Shown here: positions 1-11,300 of the stretch, one piece after another | Numbering within the stretch: the stretch's first letter is position 1 | How the letters are laid out: each line of letters starts with the position of its first letter | Source: a virus | Strand: one strand, 5' to 3' | Virus record (IMG/VR): IMGVR_UViG_3300011113_000396 | Span: 32,001-96,000 of that record | Length of the DNA stretch: 64,000 nucleotides | Notes under the pieces: model-generated | What the model saw: the letters and a program-made list of their open reading frames with translations, nothing else | Database searches by the model: none | What the model was told of the DNA's origin: nothing | Made by a program: the position numbers and the translations under genes

Positions 1-13
1 AAAGCTTTATACG

Positions 14-493
14 ATGATTCAAGGGTTTGCCTTAGCATATGCCTCTAGGGGATTGTCTAAAGAAAAAGCTCCAAAAGAAATCAAGCAGCTTAGAGTATTG
101 AGTTGTTTTGGGAATGAATCTTCTGGCGGCGAATTGCCTCCATGTCAACATCTAAAGCCATCCTCAACTGAAGGTAAGTTTTATTGCGGTGGCTGTGGAT
201 GTGGAGACAAAAAGGCCACTTGGCTCAATGGAACTGCCGAGGAATATTCAAAATTAGATTTTCCTTTCTTGTCTTGCCCGTTGGCCATGCCGGGATTCTC
301 AAATTATAAGCAGAGCAATCCAGACGAAGCAAACGAGCCTATAACAAGAAAGTTCTATATTGAAAATATGGACTTTACAGATGTACAAGAGGTTGAAGTT
401 ACACAACATGAATTTGACCCTGCCTCTTTAGGATTGTCAAAACAAGTAACTCAAGATGAACTAAAAAACATCTTTAAGAAAAAATCCGACTGA
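14..493 (+). CDS. Cys-rich hypothetical protein (possibly 5'-truncated at window edge)
   Basis: ORF with C..C, CGGCGC and CPL clusters; no family recognised. Confidence 0.55.
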   Translation: MIQGFALAYASRGLSKEKAPKEIKQLRVLSCFGNESSGGELPPCQHLKPSSTEGKFYCGGCGCGDKKATWLNGTAEEYSKLDFPFLSCPLAMPGFSNYKQSNPDEANEPITRKFYIENMDFTDVQEVEVTQHEFDPASLGLSKQVTQDELKNIFKKKSD

Positions 494-504
494 ATCTAAT
501 GCAG

Positions 505-512
505 CATACATA
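505..512 (+). promoter_or_regulatory. T4-type late promoter-like box (CATACATA)
   Basis: Variant of TATAAATA, 5 nt before the neck gene ATG; related boxes recur before late genes. Confidence 0.5.
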
Positions 513-517
513 ATAGT

Positions 518-1324
518 ATGCCAGCATTAAATTCCAGAGAATCTTTAATAGATTACGCTTTTAGAGCTTTAGGATCACCTGTAATCGAAATAAATGTCGA
601 TATGCAGCAAGCCTATGACAGGCTTGACGATGCGCTCCAGTTCTTTGCCGAGAGGCATTTTGACGGGGTGGATCGTTGCTATTTTGATTATGTTGTCACT
701 CAGCAAGACGTAGATCGTAAATATATCAATACGGATGCCTTTGGTCCCATGGTCGGGGCTGATGCGTCTGGCCGTCCAGATGGGCGAGATATATTATCGA
801 TAATTAGAATTTTTCCTTTCGGTACTCATAGTTCAAATAATTTTTTTGACATTCGCTACCAGCTAGCATTGAATGACTTCTTTGGTATTAATACCAATCT
901 TAACACAAGCGGTGCTGCTCCAGTAGCAACTTATGATATTGCCAAACGATATATCCGTCTGATCGAAATGATGTTTGATCCGGAAAGAGCTATTCGTTTT
1001 TCCAAGGTTACAAACAAGCTTCAAATCGAAACCGATTGGACAGAAATGAAGGCTGGAACCCATTTGGCGGTTGAAGCTTATGTCCTCTTAGACCCAGAAA
1101 GATACACAGAAATCTATAACGACATTCTTCTAAAGAAGTATGTAACGGCTCTTATCAAGAGACAATGGGGCGCAAATCTTTCAAAGTTTGATGGTGTTCA
1201 GCTTCCCGGTGGCATTGTCACCAGAGGATCCTCAATTTTTGGAGAAGCAATTCAGGAAATTGCAATACTTGAAGAACAAGTAAGATCCGCTTATGAGTAT
1301 CCACCTGACTTCATGACAGGATAA
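518..1324 (+). CDS. gp13: Neck protein (T4 gp13-like)
   Basis: LGSPVIEINVD, HFDG, KRQWGANLSKFDGVQLPGG and PPDFMTG motifs; start of the T4 neck-tail-head block. Confidence 0.9.
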   Translation: MPALNSRESLIDYAFRALGSPVIEINVDMQQAYDRLDDALQFFAERHFDGVDRCYFDYVVTQQDVDRKYINTDAFGPMVGADASGRPDGRDILSIIRIFPFGTHSSNNFFDIRYQLALNDFFGINTNLNTSGAAPVATYDIAKRYIRLIEMMFDPERAIRFSKVTNKLQIETDWTEMKAGTHLAVEAYVLLDPERYTEIYNDILLKKYVTALIKRQWGANLSKFDGVQLPGGIVTRGSSIFGEAIQEIAILEEQVRSAYEYPPDFMTG

Positions 1325-1326
1325 AA

Positions 1327-2244
1327 ATGGCAACTAATCCTTACTTCAGAGACAATTATTCTGGTGAGCAGAATGTAACCGAGTCCATCGTGATCGAAAC
1401 AATCAAGATGATGGGTAAAAATTGTTTCTACATTCCTAGAGAATATAACAACATCTCTGTTCTTTATGGAGAAGATCCTTTATCTTCCTTTACAAATAAA
1501 ATTGAGATAGAGATGTATCCCGCTACAGTCAATGGCTTCGGTGGTGCAGGCGATCTTGCCTCAAGATTTGGAATTGAAGTTAAGGATGACGTTACTTTAG
1601 TAGTTTCTAAAAAACGATTCACTAAAGAAGTAACTGAAAGATTCAATACAATCACACGCCCTAGAGAAGGGGATTTGATTTACTTTCCTTTATCTAAAAC
1701 ATTTTTTGAAATAAATTTTGTAGAACACGAAACGCCATTCTATCAACTAGGAAAGCTTTATACATTTACTTTATTCTGCGAAACCTTCGTCTTCTCACAC
1801 GAAGAATTCAATACAGATTCTCCATTGGATTCTATTATGGATCGCTCAAAGGAAACTTATTCATTGTTTATCAATGAAGCTGGTGGTACTTTCATGAATG
1901 AATTTACTATTGGCGATAAGCTTTACCAAAACGGATTTACATTTGGATCTTCGCCAAAGACTGCTGCTATTGTAAATTATAATACCAGAGTGAAACAACT
2001 TACGCTATCTCCGATTAAAGGAACATTTGTGTCGGGTGATATCGTGGTTTCTAATGAGTTTGGAATAACTGCTTCTATGACTGGGGCAACATCATCTAAT
2101 GTTGTCACATATTTCAATACAGAAACAGACAACATTTCTGATATTGATAATCCATTTGACATGCTTGTGCAAGATTATTACGCTGGAGTCACACCAAGTT
2201 TGATTGACTATAGTGAAGATAATCCGTTTTCAGAGGGTATTTAA
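1327..2244 (+). CDS. gp14: Neck/head completion protein (T4 gp14-like) with C-terminal extension
   Basis: NPYF, YIPRE, RPREGDLIYFP, FEINFVEHETPFYQLGK and terminal ENPF-like motifs. Confidence 0.9.
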   Translation: MATNPYFRDNYSGEQNVTESIVIETIKMMGKNCFYIPREYNNISVLYGEDPLSSFTNKIEIEMYPATVNGFGGAGDLASRFGIEVKDDVTLVVSKKRFTKEVTERFNTITRPREGDLIYFPLSKTFFEINFVEHETPFYQLGKLYTFTLFCETFVFSHEEFNTDSPLDSIMDRSKETYSLFINEAGGTFMNEFTIGDKLYQNGFTFGSSPKTAAIVNYNTRVKQLTLSPIKGTFVSGDIVVSNEFGITASMTGATSSNVVTYFNTETDNISDIDNPFDMLVQDYYAGVTPSLIDYSEDNPFSEGI

Positions 2245-2661
2245 ATGTCTGATATAACAAACAAAGAACAACTCAATAATTTTCTAGAAATAACTAATCC
2301 AAAAACTTTGAAGCAAGAATCTTCTATAGTGAAGAAAAATGTAGAAGATGACTATGAATATGCTAGAGATAACATTAGAGAGATTCTAGAGAAGGGCAAA
2401 ATGGCTTTAGATGGCATTCTTCAGGTTGCTCAGGATGGAGACTCCCCCAGAGCATACGAAGTCGCTACAAATATGCTCAAGGCTCTCTCAGAGATCAATA
2501 AAGATCTCATGGATGTCCATGTTAAGGTCAAGGATAGTGAAAAAACCACAATTAAGCAAACCAATAACGCTATTTTTGTGGGTTCTACCTTAGATCTTCA
2601 AGACATGATAAATAAAGAAAGAAGCTCAAAGAAAGCGATAATACAGGACAACAATGTTTGA
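2245..2661 (+). CDS. gp16: Terminase small subunit (T4 gp16-like)
   Basis: DYEYARDN, PRAYEV and NNAIFVGST..LQ motifs. Confidence 0.88.
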   Translation: MSDITNKEQLNNFLEITNPKTLKQESSIVKKNVEDDYEYARDNIREILEKGKMALDGILQVAQDGDSPRAYEVATNMLKALSEINKDLMDVHVKVKDSEKTTIKQTNNAIFVGSTLDLQDMINKERSSKKAIIQDNNV

Positions 2662-5600
2662 TTCATTTTATAACGATTGCATTAAAAAGAACACGATAGC
2701 ATTTGCTTCGTTATTTAACAACATCTATGTGAATAGAGAGGACACAGAGGAATCTAAAAAAATAAAAGTACCTCTAGTATATGGCGGTAAGGAAAAGTAT
2801 GTAAGTCGCCTTCAAAATCCGTCTAGTATTTCTGAAAAAGATAAGCTTCAAATAACTCTTCCCATGATGAGTTTTGATATGTCTAATCTGCAATACGATA
2901 CGCAGAGACATAGAAACAAACTTGAATTCAACAAGCTTTTTTATCAAGAAGAAGGTGAGACTAAAGCCAAAATTAAAATAGGCGAATATCCTTGCTTGAT
3001 GCAATTTAATCTTGCAATTTACACTCGTAATATTGAAGAAAATTTTCAAATTATTGAGCAAATTGCACCCTATTTCACGCCTGAATATATTCTTACTCTA
3101 GATTTTGATAAGACTTTGACTAGAGGTATTGATATTCCGATTAATCTAGTTGCATCAAAGATCGGAAATGACTATGAAGGTGGATTTGGCAATCGTAGAG
3201 CTGTAGTAAGTACCTTACAATTTGTAATGCGTACCTATTTGTTTGGTCCTGAGCGAGAAGCAACGCCAATTCTTACAACTGATTTTAATCTTAATACCCA
3301 AGACAGCTTTTTACAATTTATTACAGATGTTCAAGTCAATGATGACTTATATCTTAACAATCAATCTATTACAGTTACTTGGAGGCAGGGAGGTATTTTC
3401 CCCAGAAATCCAACTATCGTAATTACAAATCTTACAAACTACACCCAAGAAATAGTCTACGATCCAGAAACATTTGACGTTGGCGATGGAACTAATAGTG
3501 TTACATTTCCTATACCAGCTTCTGCTCCTTTGCTACAACAGTTATATGTAAGAGTATTTTTGGGCACAGTATCAGATAATTCGCCAGCATTTGAAATTAG
3601 ATCAGCTGCTGGAAATATTTCCTTGTTACGGTTGGCTAATTTTTCTGGGACAACTTTTAATGATTTGATGTCATCCAACCACTATTTCTTTACTCAAAGT
3701 GGTGTGACACAATTTCCAAGAGGCAACAATCTTGTCTTGGCTTATAATTATGGCTCATATAGCGATCTTAACATTAAAACGCCCGGATTACTTGAATATT
3801 ATCGTGCATTTGGCTTAACATTTAGAGCAAATACAATTGACAATCCACAAATTCCATTTGGTAGCGTTATACACAACGGCATGTGGGCTGGTATAAGTTA
3901 TGATCAGAACAGAGTTTTGCCTTGTTTAACAATTTACATGAGACCCGGAGCCAATGTAAATTTATATGCAAACCAAGGTGATGGGGTGTTCGGCACAACA
4001 CAAGGATCATTAGCAAATAGAAGAACAAGTGAGGATATGTTCCAAGCAACATATGGTTCTCAATCTTATTATATTAATGGATTTTGGGGATGGAATGGAA
4101 CTACAAGTACTATAAGTATTGGATCATATCCAACAGCTGGCATTACAATAGAGAGTGGTTTTAGTGGATATATTTTTGACAAAAATAATCAAAATAGATA
4201 TCCCGACACCGGAAAATATTCAACTGGTGTAACTCATTCTCAAGCAGGCCCATCAATAAGAACATTATTTGATCCAACATTTACTCAAAAGTTATATCCA
4301 AATCGTGGGGCAACAGGTCTAAGAGCTTGGCAAATTACTGCCTTTGGTAGTAATAATCCAGCTGATTTATTTTTTGATTCAAATGTAATTTCTGGTTCGA
4401 CTCTACCGATTTTTACTGCCAATCCCAATTTGTCCGGTTCTGATTTTAATTATCTTGATAACAATGATAAGATGAGATTTGGAACGTATATGGACTGTTA
4501 TAGAATAGCCCATAATGGAAACACATATTTGATTCCATCTCCATTTACTGCAAATCTTGTTACAGATATGCTTGGGTTTACTGCATATAAATCGACTGGA
4601 TTTACAGGCAGAGAAGAATTTGCTGGTAAGTTTGGAACAACCTATGTGGGAGGATGGAATAAATTATTTGATTTTGTTTATGCTGGAAAAAATATAAATG
4701 GTGTTACGTTTACCCCACCCACTCCATGCGTGGATATTATTTTCAATGATCATGAACTTAGATGGGGACTGGGTTTGGGTGCTGATGCCTTGATGATATG
4801 GAGATTCATGCTTTTGGTTGATGGGTTGACAACTGCTTGGATCAATAGAGTCAAACAAGATGAATTCTGGCCAAATCTTCAGGCCAAATATGCAGAATAT
4901 CCCGGCCTGTCTTTTGACAGAATCTTTGATAATATGAAAAATTCATTTATTCAGTTTACATCAGGACCTTTATCGAGAAAAGGTCTTCATGGAGGAATTC
5001 AGTTTTCTACTGATGCATTGCCATTGAATGAATTTTATGACAATGAGGTTAGAAAATATTGGTATGGACTTCAGGAAACAAGCGAAAGAAGAAGTCCGGG
5101 ATGCAAATTTGCTCCAGTTCATGTAAACAGAATTCCTAAATTAAAATCAGCTGCTCGTTTTAATGATGTAACAATTCAGAGCTTTTCTCAAGGAGTAACA
5201 TTACCATACGAATTAATATATCATTATCCTTATGGTTATCCTTATACTTTCTCAAATTATCAGGGAAGATATAGAAGAACAGGTTATGGCCCTACACCAT
5301 CTAATCCAATAGCATTACAAGGTGTAACAAATATAGTCATAAATCTAAATCCAACGGTACAACAAGTAAATATATCATCTGATAAGCTTGTTCCTTGGTT
5401 TATTGAGGACTCCGTTGGACAAACTGGTACAGCTTTTAATGTAGGTATTTCATATAATCAAACATATTTTGAAACAAACCAATTACCTACTACATTGGGG
5501 AACGGTACTTTTGTATCTTTCTTTGGTAAATATCAAGAACCTTCACTCTGGCCTACGGCGGGAAGATCTTTATCAGAAAAATATGAACCATTTTTTGCAA

Positions 5601-6724
5601 TAAAACACGAATCAAAAGAAATTCGTGGCGTAATTGAAGAAAATATGAGTCATGGGGTTTCTGGAATATTCATCTATAATAATATTTTATTTAATAGAGT
5701 AACATATCATGTTCCACATGGATATGAAAACAGTTGGTTTATGGATAGTTTACCTTCAGTTGCAAATAATTTTGCTAGAGGATTTACTTATAATGATCCT
5801 GCAATATTTTCAAAAACAGATTTTAGTGGGGTTGATCAAAGACAAAATCCAAATTACCAACCGATAAATTTTTATCATTCTTATAACGAAAATATATTCA
5901 TATCAAAATTATTAACACCGCTTCCACTTAATATTTTAAATCAAGCTGTAATTTTCCAAGGACCTATAACAAATGAAAATGATTCTAGTGCTGGGTATTA
6001 CGGAATTCACCCTAAATCTTGGAACAATTTTAAATACAATGATGAGATTTTATTAAATCATATTTTATGGGATATAGAAGTTGCTACCCATGGAAGAACA
6101 TATGAATATCTTTCTTCATCTGATGATATTTCAATGGAAGAAGCTTTAAGATATGAGGTTGGAGGATTTAATATCTCTAAATTGAATCCGGCTTTAGTTA
6201 GCAAAGTTAGATTGTTGGGTGTTACTGGGTCTGATCAAAATTTAATCTTACACAGAATTACTCTACCAATTCCATATATTTTAACAACTGATTATGCAAA
6301 ACCAGAACAGGGTTCATATTACGATAATTGGTATAATAATCATTTTGCTCAAAATGTTTTAGCCACAAGTGTCGATCCTTCCACTGGAACAACCCTTGAT
6401 AACATTAATCTTATCACGACTGGAAATAGAGATTTAGACTTCTATACTAAGTCTGTTGTAACAGAATCAAACGGTTCTCACTCATGGAGTACACTTAGAA
6501 CTGATAATAACATCAGACGTTTCAGTGTTGATGTTTTTGCTGGGACTCAATTAGTTGGAAACTTAGTACCAAGCAAATACTATCCAATGGGTGTTTGGTT
6601 GGTTACTGATGAAGTATCAATATTACCAGACGGAACCACGTTTAATAATTACAACTTAACTTTCCAATATCGTGATGCTGGTCCAATGGTTGATGGAATT
6701 ACTACTGCACCTTATAGAACATGA
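2654..6724 (+). CDS. gp15: Tail sheath stabiliser/tail terminator (T4 gp15-like, first ~215 aa) fused to a ~1100-aa extension of unknown function
   Basis: N-terminal FY...KK..AF.SLFNNI, KVPLVYG.KEK, LPMMSF and QIIEQIAPYFTP motifs; remainder G/T/N/F/Y-rich. Confidence 0.8.
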   Translation: MFDSFYNDCIKKNTIAFASLFNNIYVNREDTEESKKIKVPLVYGGKEKYVSRLQNPSSISEKDKLQITLPMMSFDMSNLQYDTQRHRNKLEFNKLFYQEEGETKAKIKIGEYPCLMQFNLAIYTRNIEENFQIIEQIAPYFTPEYILTLDFDKTLTRGIDIPINLVASKIGNDYEGGFGNRRAVVSTLQFVMRTYLFGPEREATPILTTDFNLNTQDSFLQFITDVQVNDDLYLNNQSITVTWRQGGIFPRNPTIVITNLTNYTQEIVYDPETFDVGDGTNSVTFPIPASAPLLQQLYVRVFLGTVSDNSPAFEIRSAAGNISLLRLANFSGTTFNDLMSSNHYFFTQSGVTQFPRGNNLVLAYNYGSYSDLNIKTPGLLEYYRAFGLTFRANTIDNPQIPFGSVIHNGMWAGISYDQNRVLPCLTIYMRPGANVNLYANQGDGVFGTTQGSLANRRTSEDMFQATYGSQSYYINGFWGWNGTTSTISIGSYPTAGITIESGFSGYIFDKNNQNRYPDTGKYSTGVTHSQAGPSIRTLFDPTFTQKLYPNRGATGLRAWQITAFGSNNPADLFFDSNVISGSTLPIFTANPNLSGSDFNYLDNNDKMRFGTYMDCYRIAHNGNTYLIPSPFTANLVTDMLGFTAYKSTGFTGREEFAGKFGTTYVGGWNKLFDFVYAGKNINGVTFTPPTPCVDIIFNDHELRWGLGLGADALMIWRFMLLVDGLTTAWINRVKQDEFWPNLQAKYAEYPGLSFDRIFDNMKNSFIQFTSGPLSRKGLHGGIQFSTDALPLNEFYDNEVRKYWYGLQETSERRSPGCKFAPVHVNRIPKLKSAARFNDVTIQSFSQGVTLPYELIYHYPYGYPYTFSNYQGRYRRTGYGPTPSNPIALQGVTNIVINLNPTVQQVNISSDKLVPWFIEDSVGQTGTAFNVGISYNQTYFETNQLPTTLGNGTFVSFFGKYQEPSLWPTAGRSLSEKYEPFFAIKHESKEIRGVIEENMSHGVSGIFIYNNILFNRVTYHVPHGYENSWFMDSLPSVANNFARGFTYNDPAIFSKTDFSGVDQRQNPNYQPINFYHSYNENIFISKLLTPLPLNILNQAVIFQGPITNENDSSAGYYGIHPKSWNNFKYNDEILLNHILWDIEVATHGRTYEYLSSSDDISMEEALRYEVGGFNISKLNPALVSKVRLLGVTGSDQNLILHRITLPIPYILTTDYAKPEQGSYYDNWYNNHFAQNVLATSVDPSTGTTLDNINLITTGNRDLDFYTKSVVTESNGSHSWSTLRTDNNIRRFSVDVFAGTQLVGNLVPSKYYPMGVWLVTDEVSILPDGTTFNNYNLTFQYRDAGPMVDGITTAPYRT

Positions 6725-8355
6725 GTAAAAAACATAAAGGTTATTTAGGTAATTCAAACCTCAAAGAGGCTGGAATCCATATCGATTATACCCCTGAACA
6801 AGTTCAGGAGTATATTAAATGTGCAAAAGATCCAATTTATTTCATCAAAAACTATATTAAAATCGTTTCACTTGATAAGGGTTTAGTACCTTTTGATCTT
6901 TATGATTATCAGGAAGATATTGTTCAAAAAATGCACGATAACAGATTTATCATCGCAAAGCTTCCTCGTCAGTCAGGTAAATCTACCACAATGGTATCAT
7001 ACATTTTACATTATATTCTGTTTAATCAGAGTATGAATGTGGCTATTCTGGCAAATAAAGGCTCAACTGCTAGAGAAATTCTCAGTAGACTCCAATTAGC
7101 ATATGAGTATCTTCCAAAGTGGTTGCAGCAAGGCGTAGTAGAATGGAATAAAGGATCGTTAAAATTAGAAAACGGATCTAAAATTATCGCATCCACTACC
7201 TCTGCCTCAGCAATTCGTGGTGGATCGTTTAACATGATCTTTTTAGACGAATTTGCTCACGTTCCAAATAATGTTGCTGAAGAATTCTTTAGTTCAGTCT
7301 TCCCAACTGTAACTTCAGGCCAAACAACCAAAGTATTAATGGTCAGTACTCCAAATGGTATGAATATGTTCTACCATTTCTGGAAGAACGCTATTAAGAA
7401 GGACGGAGAGCCGGGTAAGAACGAGTATGTGCCCATTGAAGTAAACTGGAGGCAGATACCCCTTTATCCCGGAGGACCGATGAGAGGGGCTGAATGGCGG
7501 CAGCAAATGATCGATCAGACTAGCGAGATGCAGTTTGAAAGTGAATTTGAATGTTCTTTCTTAGGTTCATCAAACACTCTTATTTCGACATATAAACTCA
7601 ATACGCTAGTTTACAACCAGCCATTTGAGCGCAGACCCGGTGGCCTTAGCATTTACAAACCGCCCCATGAAGACGGTATTTACTTCTGTGTTGTGGATAC
7701 ATCTAGAGGTCAGGGGCACGATTATAGTGCTTTTGTGATTATAGATGGAAACACAAAGCCATTTGAGGTGGTAGCTGTTTATAGAAATAATGTAATTTCT
7801 CCTTTCGATTTTCCTATCGAAGTTTACAACGCTTGTACAGAATATGGTAATGCCCATTGTTTAGTTGAAATTAATGATGTTGGATCTCAGGTAACAGAAA
7901 TTTTACACAGAGATTATGAATACGAAAACCTAATTTCAACCCAATATATGGGTCGAGCTGGTCAAAAAATCTCTTTAGGATTCGGTAGAGGTCAAAAACA
8001 ATTTGGTGTTAGAACTAGCACAGCACTTAAAAAGATCGGGTGTGCTGCTCTTAAAAATTTAATTGAATGTGATAAATTGGTATTTTCAGATCAGGACATG
8101 GTTTCTGAGCTTTATACCTTTATCTCAAAGGCAAACTCATACCAAGCTGATGATGGCTACAACGATGACTTAGTCATGTGTTTAGTTTTATTTGGATGGC
8201 TAACAAGACAGGTTTACTTCGAAGATTTGCTGGATTTAAAGAACAAGAAAATAATAAATACAGAGGAACAACAAGAAAATCATATGTTCGTTGCAGATAT
8301 GGATGAGAGGGAAGATATGAAATTTGGTGGCGACTTATGGTTTGAGGTAAAATAA
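6721..8355 (+). CDS. gp17: Terminase large subunit (T4 gp17-like)
   Basis: YLGN.NLK, Walker A PRQSGKST, Walker B IFLDEFAH, STPNG, nuclease DTSRG..DYS and DDLVM motifs. Confidence 0.97.
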   Translation: MSKKHKGYLGNSNLKEAGIHIDYTPEQVQEYIKCAKDPIYFIKNYIKIVSLDKGLVPFDLYDYQEDIVQKMHDNRFIIAKLPRQSGKSTTMVSYILHYILFNQSMNVAILANKGSTAREILSRLQLAYEYLPKWLQQGVVEWNKGSLKLENGSKIIASTTSASAIRGGSFNMIFLDEFAHVPNNVAEEFFSSVFPTVTSGQTTKVLMVSTPNGMNMFYHFWKNAIKKDGEPGKNEYVPIEVNWRQIPLYPGGPMRGAEWRQQMIDQTSEMQFESEFECSFLGSSNTLISTYKLNTLVYNQPFERRPGGLSIYKPPHEDGIYFCVVDTSRGQGHDYSAFVIIDGNTKPFEVVAVYRNNVISPFDFPIEVYNACTEYGNAHCLVEINDVGSQVTEILHRDYEYENLISTQYMGRAGQKISLGFGRGQKQFGVRTSTALKKIGCAALKNLIECDKLVFSDQDMVSELYTFISKANSYQADDGYNDDLVMCLVLFGWLTRQVYFEDLLDLKNKKIINTEEQQENHMFVADMDEREDMKFGGDLWFEVK

Positions 8356-11300
8356 ATGGCTGAATTAACACACTCACATAACATTAGCGGAACTCTTATA
8401 GGCCTTACACCCGGAAGTGCTCCTTTAACCGTTGGATTAACCTTTTCTGTTGATGGTGTGTCATTCTCCTCTGTAAATTTTGATCTTCGCATTGATGTAG
8501 ATACTTTTGATTTAAGTGTTCCTTATACTTCTATTGATACTTTTAGAGAATTAAATGGAAGTTCAGAAGTTCTAATTGCAAATAATTCAAATGGACTTAT
8601 TGTTAGTAACACTGGAACTACATGGAACCATTTTATTGGAATTACATTATATTCCCCGCAACAAAATATTTTTAATGCCGGATTAGCAAATCAAATGCTA
8701 GCTGGTGATTTACATTATCGAACAAGAGCAAATAATTTTTCTTTAAAATATGGAGCGTTTGGTCAAACAGGAAGTGGCCAAATAGCAGAAGTCGCATCAT
8801 CAACAAGAGGCGAAACACTTTCATTTAGACCATTTAATATTGTTTCGGCTACAAATGGAGTTGCAGGATCCACTCTCGGATTAACTTTACAATCTGCTAA
8901 TATTCAAAGATATTATGTTGGTATTGGTACTGGTGCAACATTTTTTGGTATTGTTTCATTACTAGGATGCACCAATGGTATTAATTTAAATTCTTCTAAT
9001 TTAACATCTACACAAATTTCAGAAATAAATGCTGATTACTTAGATCCTAATATTTCTGGTACTGATTCAAAATTCAATACACTCAGAAGAATTATTGATA
9101 ATTCTGGTACAACAATATTCAATACTTCTTATACAGAATTTGTAGTGCCAAAACATATTCCGACTGGAAGTTATTATTTAATGCCAATCCCAAATTCATT
9201 TTTTGGACTTCCGGCATTTAGCAATGACGAATCCTTTACAGCTTCGGGACAAAATATTAATTTATCACAAACAAATATTAATATTACAAATAATATATCT
9301 TCTGGGTTGACTGGAGTTTATAGTTTATCATCTGGTGTAACGCATTTTACAACGGCAATATCAACAAGACTTCCAATTGTATCACAAGCCTTTTCTAATG
9401 TAGATTTTGCTGATAAAACTTTTTCGATATTTGATCCAATAACATTTAATTTAGTTACATCTCCCTATGGAATTACAAATAATTTAACAGGAAATACGTT
9501 TCATAAGTTAGATTATGGCTTTAATAATAGAGGAACAACTAACTATGGAGGTGCTTTAACGGATAATCCTGTATCTCATGTACCACCATTATTTGGATTT
9601 ATTCCTATTGGATTAACTATTGGAAATACTCTAACTGTATTATTAGATGGTATTACATTTTACGAAAAAATTTATAATCCATATAATGTTAATTTTAATA
9701 ATACATCACTTGCACATTTTTATACAAGTGAAAGTACTATACAAAATAATAAACGTTTTATACGTTTAATAAATGAATCTGGCGATTTAGCTGCTAAAAG
9801 AAATTTAAATCACATCAATAGAGCATTTTATAGAGTTGATTTTAATAATCATGCTAATCCTTGGGGATTTACTGGATTTACTTTTGGTCAAGGATCTACA
9901 CAAAGCCAATTAAAGGTATTTTACGGTAATCCTGCAAATGGTATATCATTTATTCTACCAATAAATACAGGCTCACCAGCAGACTTTTACTCGTTAACCG
10001 GGCAAGACGTTTTTATTCCGATTCAAGGCACTGCTAGTGGATCTACATTGACCCCGGGAGCTTCTGTTGAAATACACTATCAAAATAGACCACTTGGGTA
10101 TCTAGAAAAATTAAATTTATATAATGCATCTGGTAATTTTGCTTTAGGAATTACTATTGCGGATAATAGAACCTTTATTCCAAAAAACACAACTGAATTG
10201 GGATATATAAGAAAAAACTTTGATCAATCTAATGTTGAAACTTTTATTGTCCCAAATTTAAATAGTGTTGGATCTACTGGAACTGCAAGAATATCATTTA
10301 TTAGAGGGGATGGAGTAAGTTTTGAATTTGGCTCAACTCCGATCACAACTCCATTTAGAACATTTTCACCTATACACACGATAGGAAATATTTCTGGACT
10401 GACGTTAATCGCAACTGGGGTTACACAATCAACAAGCCCAACAAGCTTTACAAGATTTATTGCTCCTGCTGTTGATTTAATGCGAATAACTGTAAATCAT
10501 GGCCTAACAAATCTTGAGTCCGGAATAATTGGAAGAAATAATATCCACAGTAGATATTATATGCAATCAAATGTTGATAATTTTTTAACTGATGGTAGTT
10601 TCTATAGAGGTTATTTGAGTTTTATACTTGATTCTGTCGGTCCAGAAAATGTTGTAAATAATGGTATTAGTGTTACAAATCGTACATTGCGTTCTTTTAG
10701 AGAAGCTGCTTTAGAACGTGCTAATAACATAAATGCTATAAATGGCATTTCTTTGAGTATTCCTTTGAGAAATTTTCAAGGTGTTATCACTGAAGGTTGG
10801 CCATTCGATACAATTGAAGGTAATAGTTCATTAACTCAATTGATGAACTATTTTAATGGCCCACCATTGACCGAGGCTCAATTATCAGCAGTTGCAGACA
10901 CATTTAATTATCCTCAATATGATACCGGGTTTACACTTATGTTTGATCAGGGTGACAGTCCGGATGAGACTTTTAATAACGGGGAATGGTTTCTTGCAAA
11001 TCCTCAATCGTTCTTAAGATATTCCAGTGGCAGCACGTTCTTCCCATCAACTGCATTTAGTTTTGATAATACCACGATAAGCTTTCCACACTACATTTTC
11101 TATGACTATAGAATTACTGGTGTGACTTTATCATCTACATCTTCTGTTCAATCGCAACAATCATTAACAACAACAATAACTGTACAAGATTTACCTCACG
11201 CATCAATTTTTGATGGATTAAGACTATCAGTTCTTAATGGTACTTCTGAAGTGTTTACAAAAAATTTATTATATACAACTTCTAGCAGTAATGATTATAG

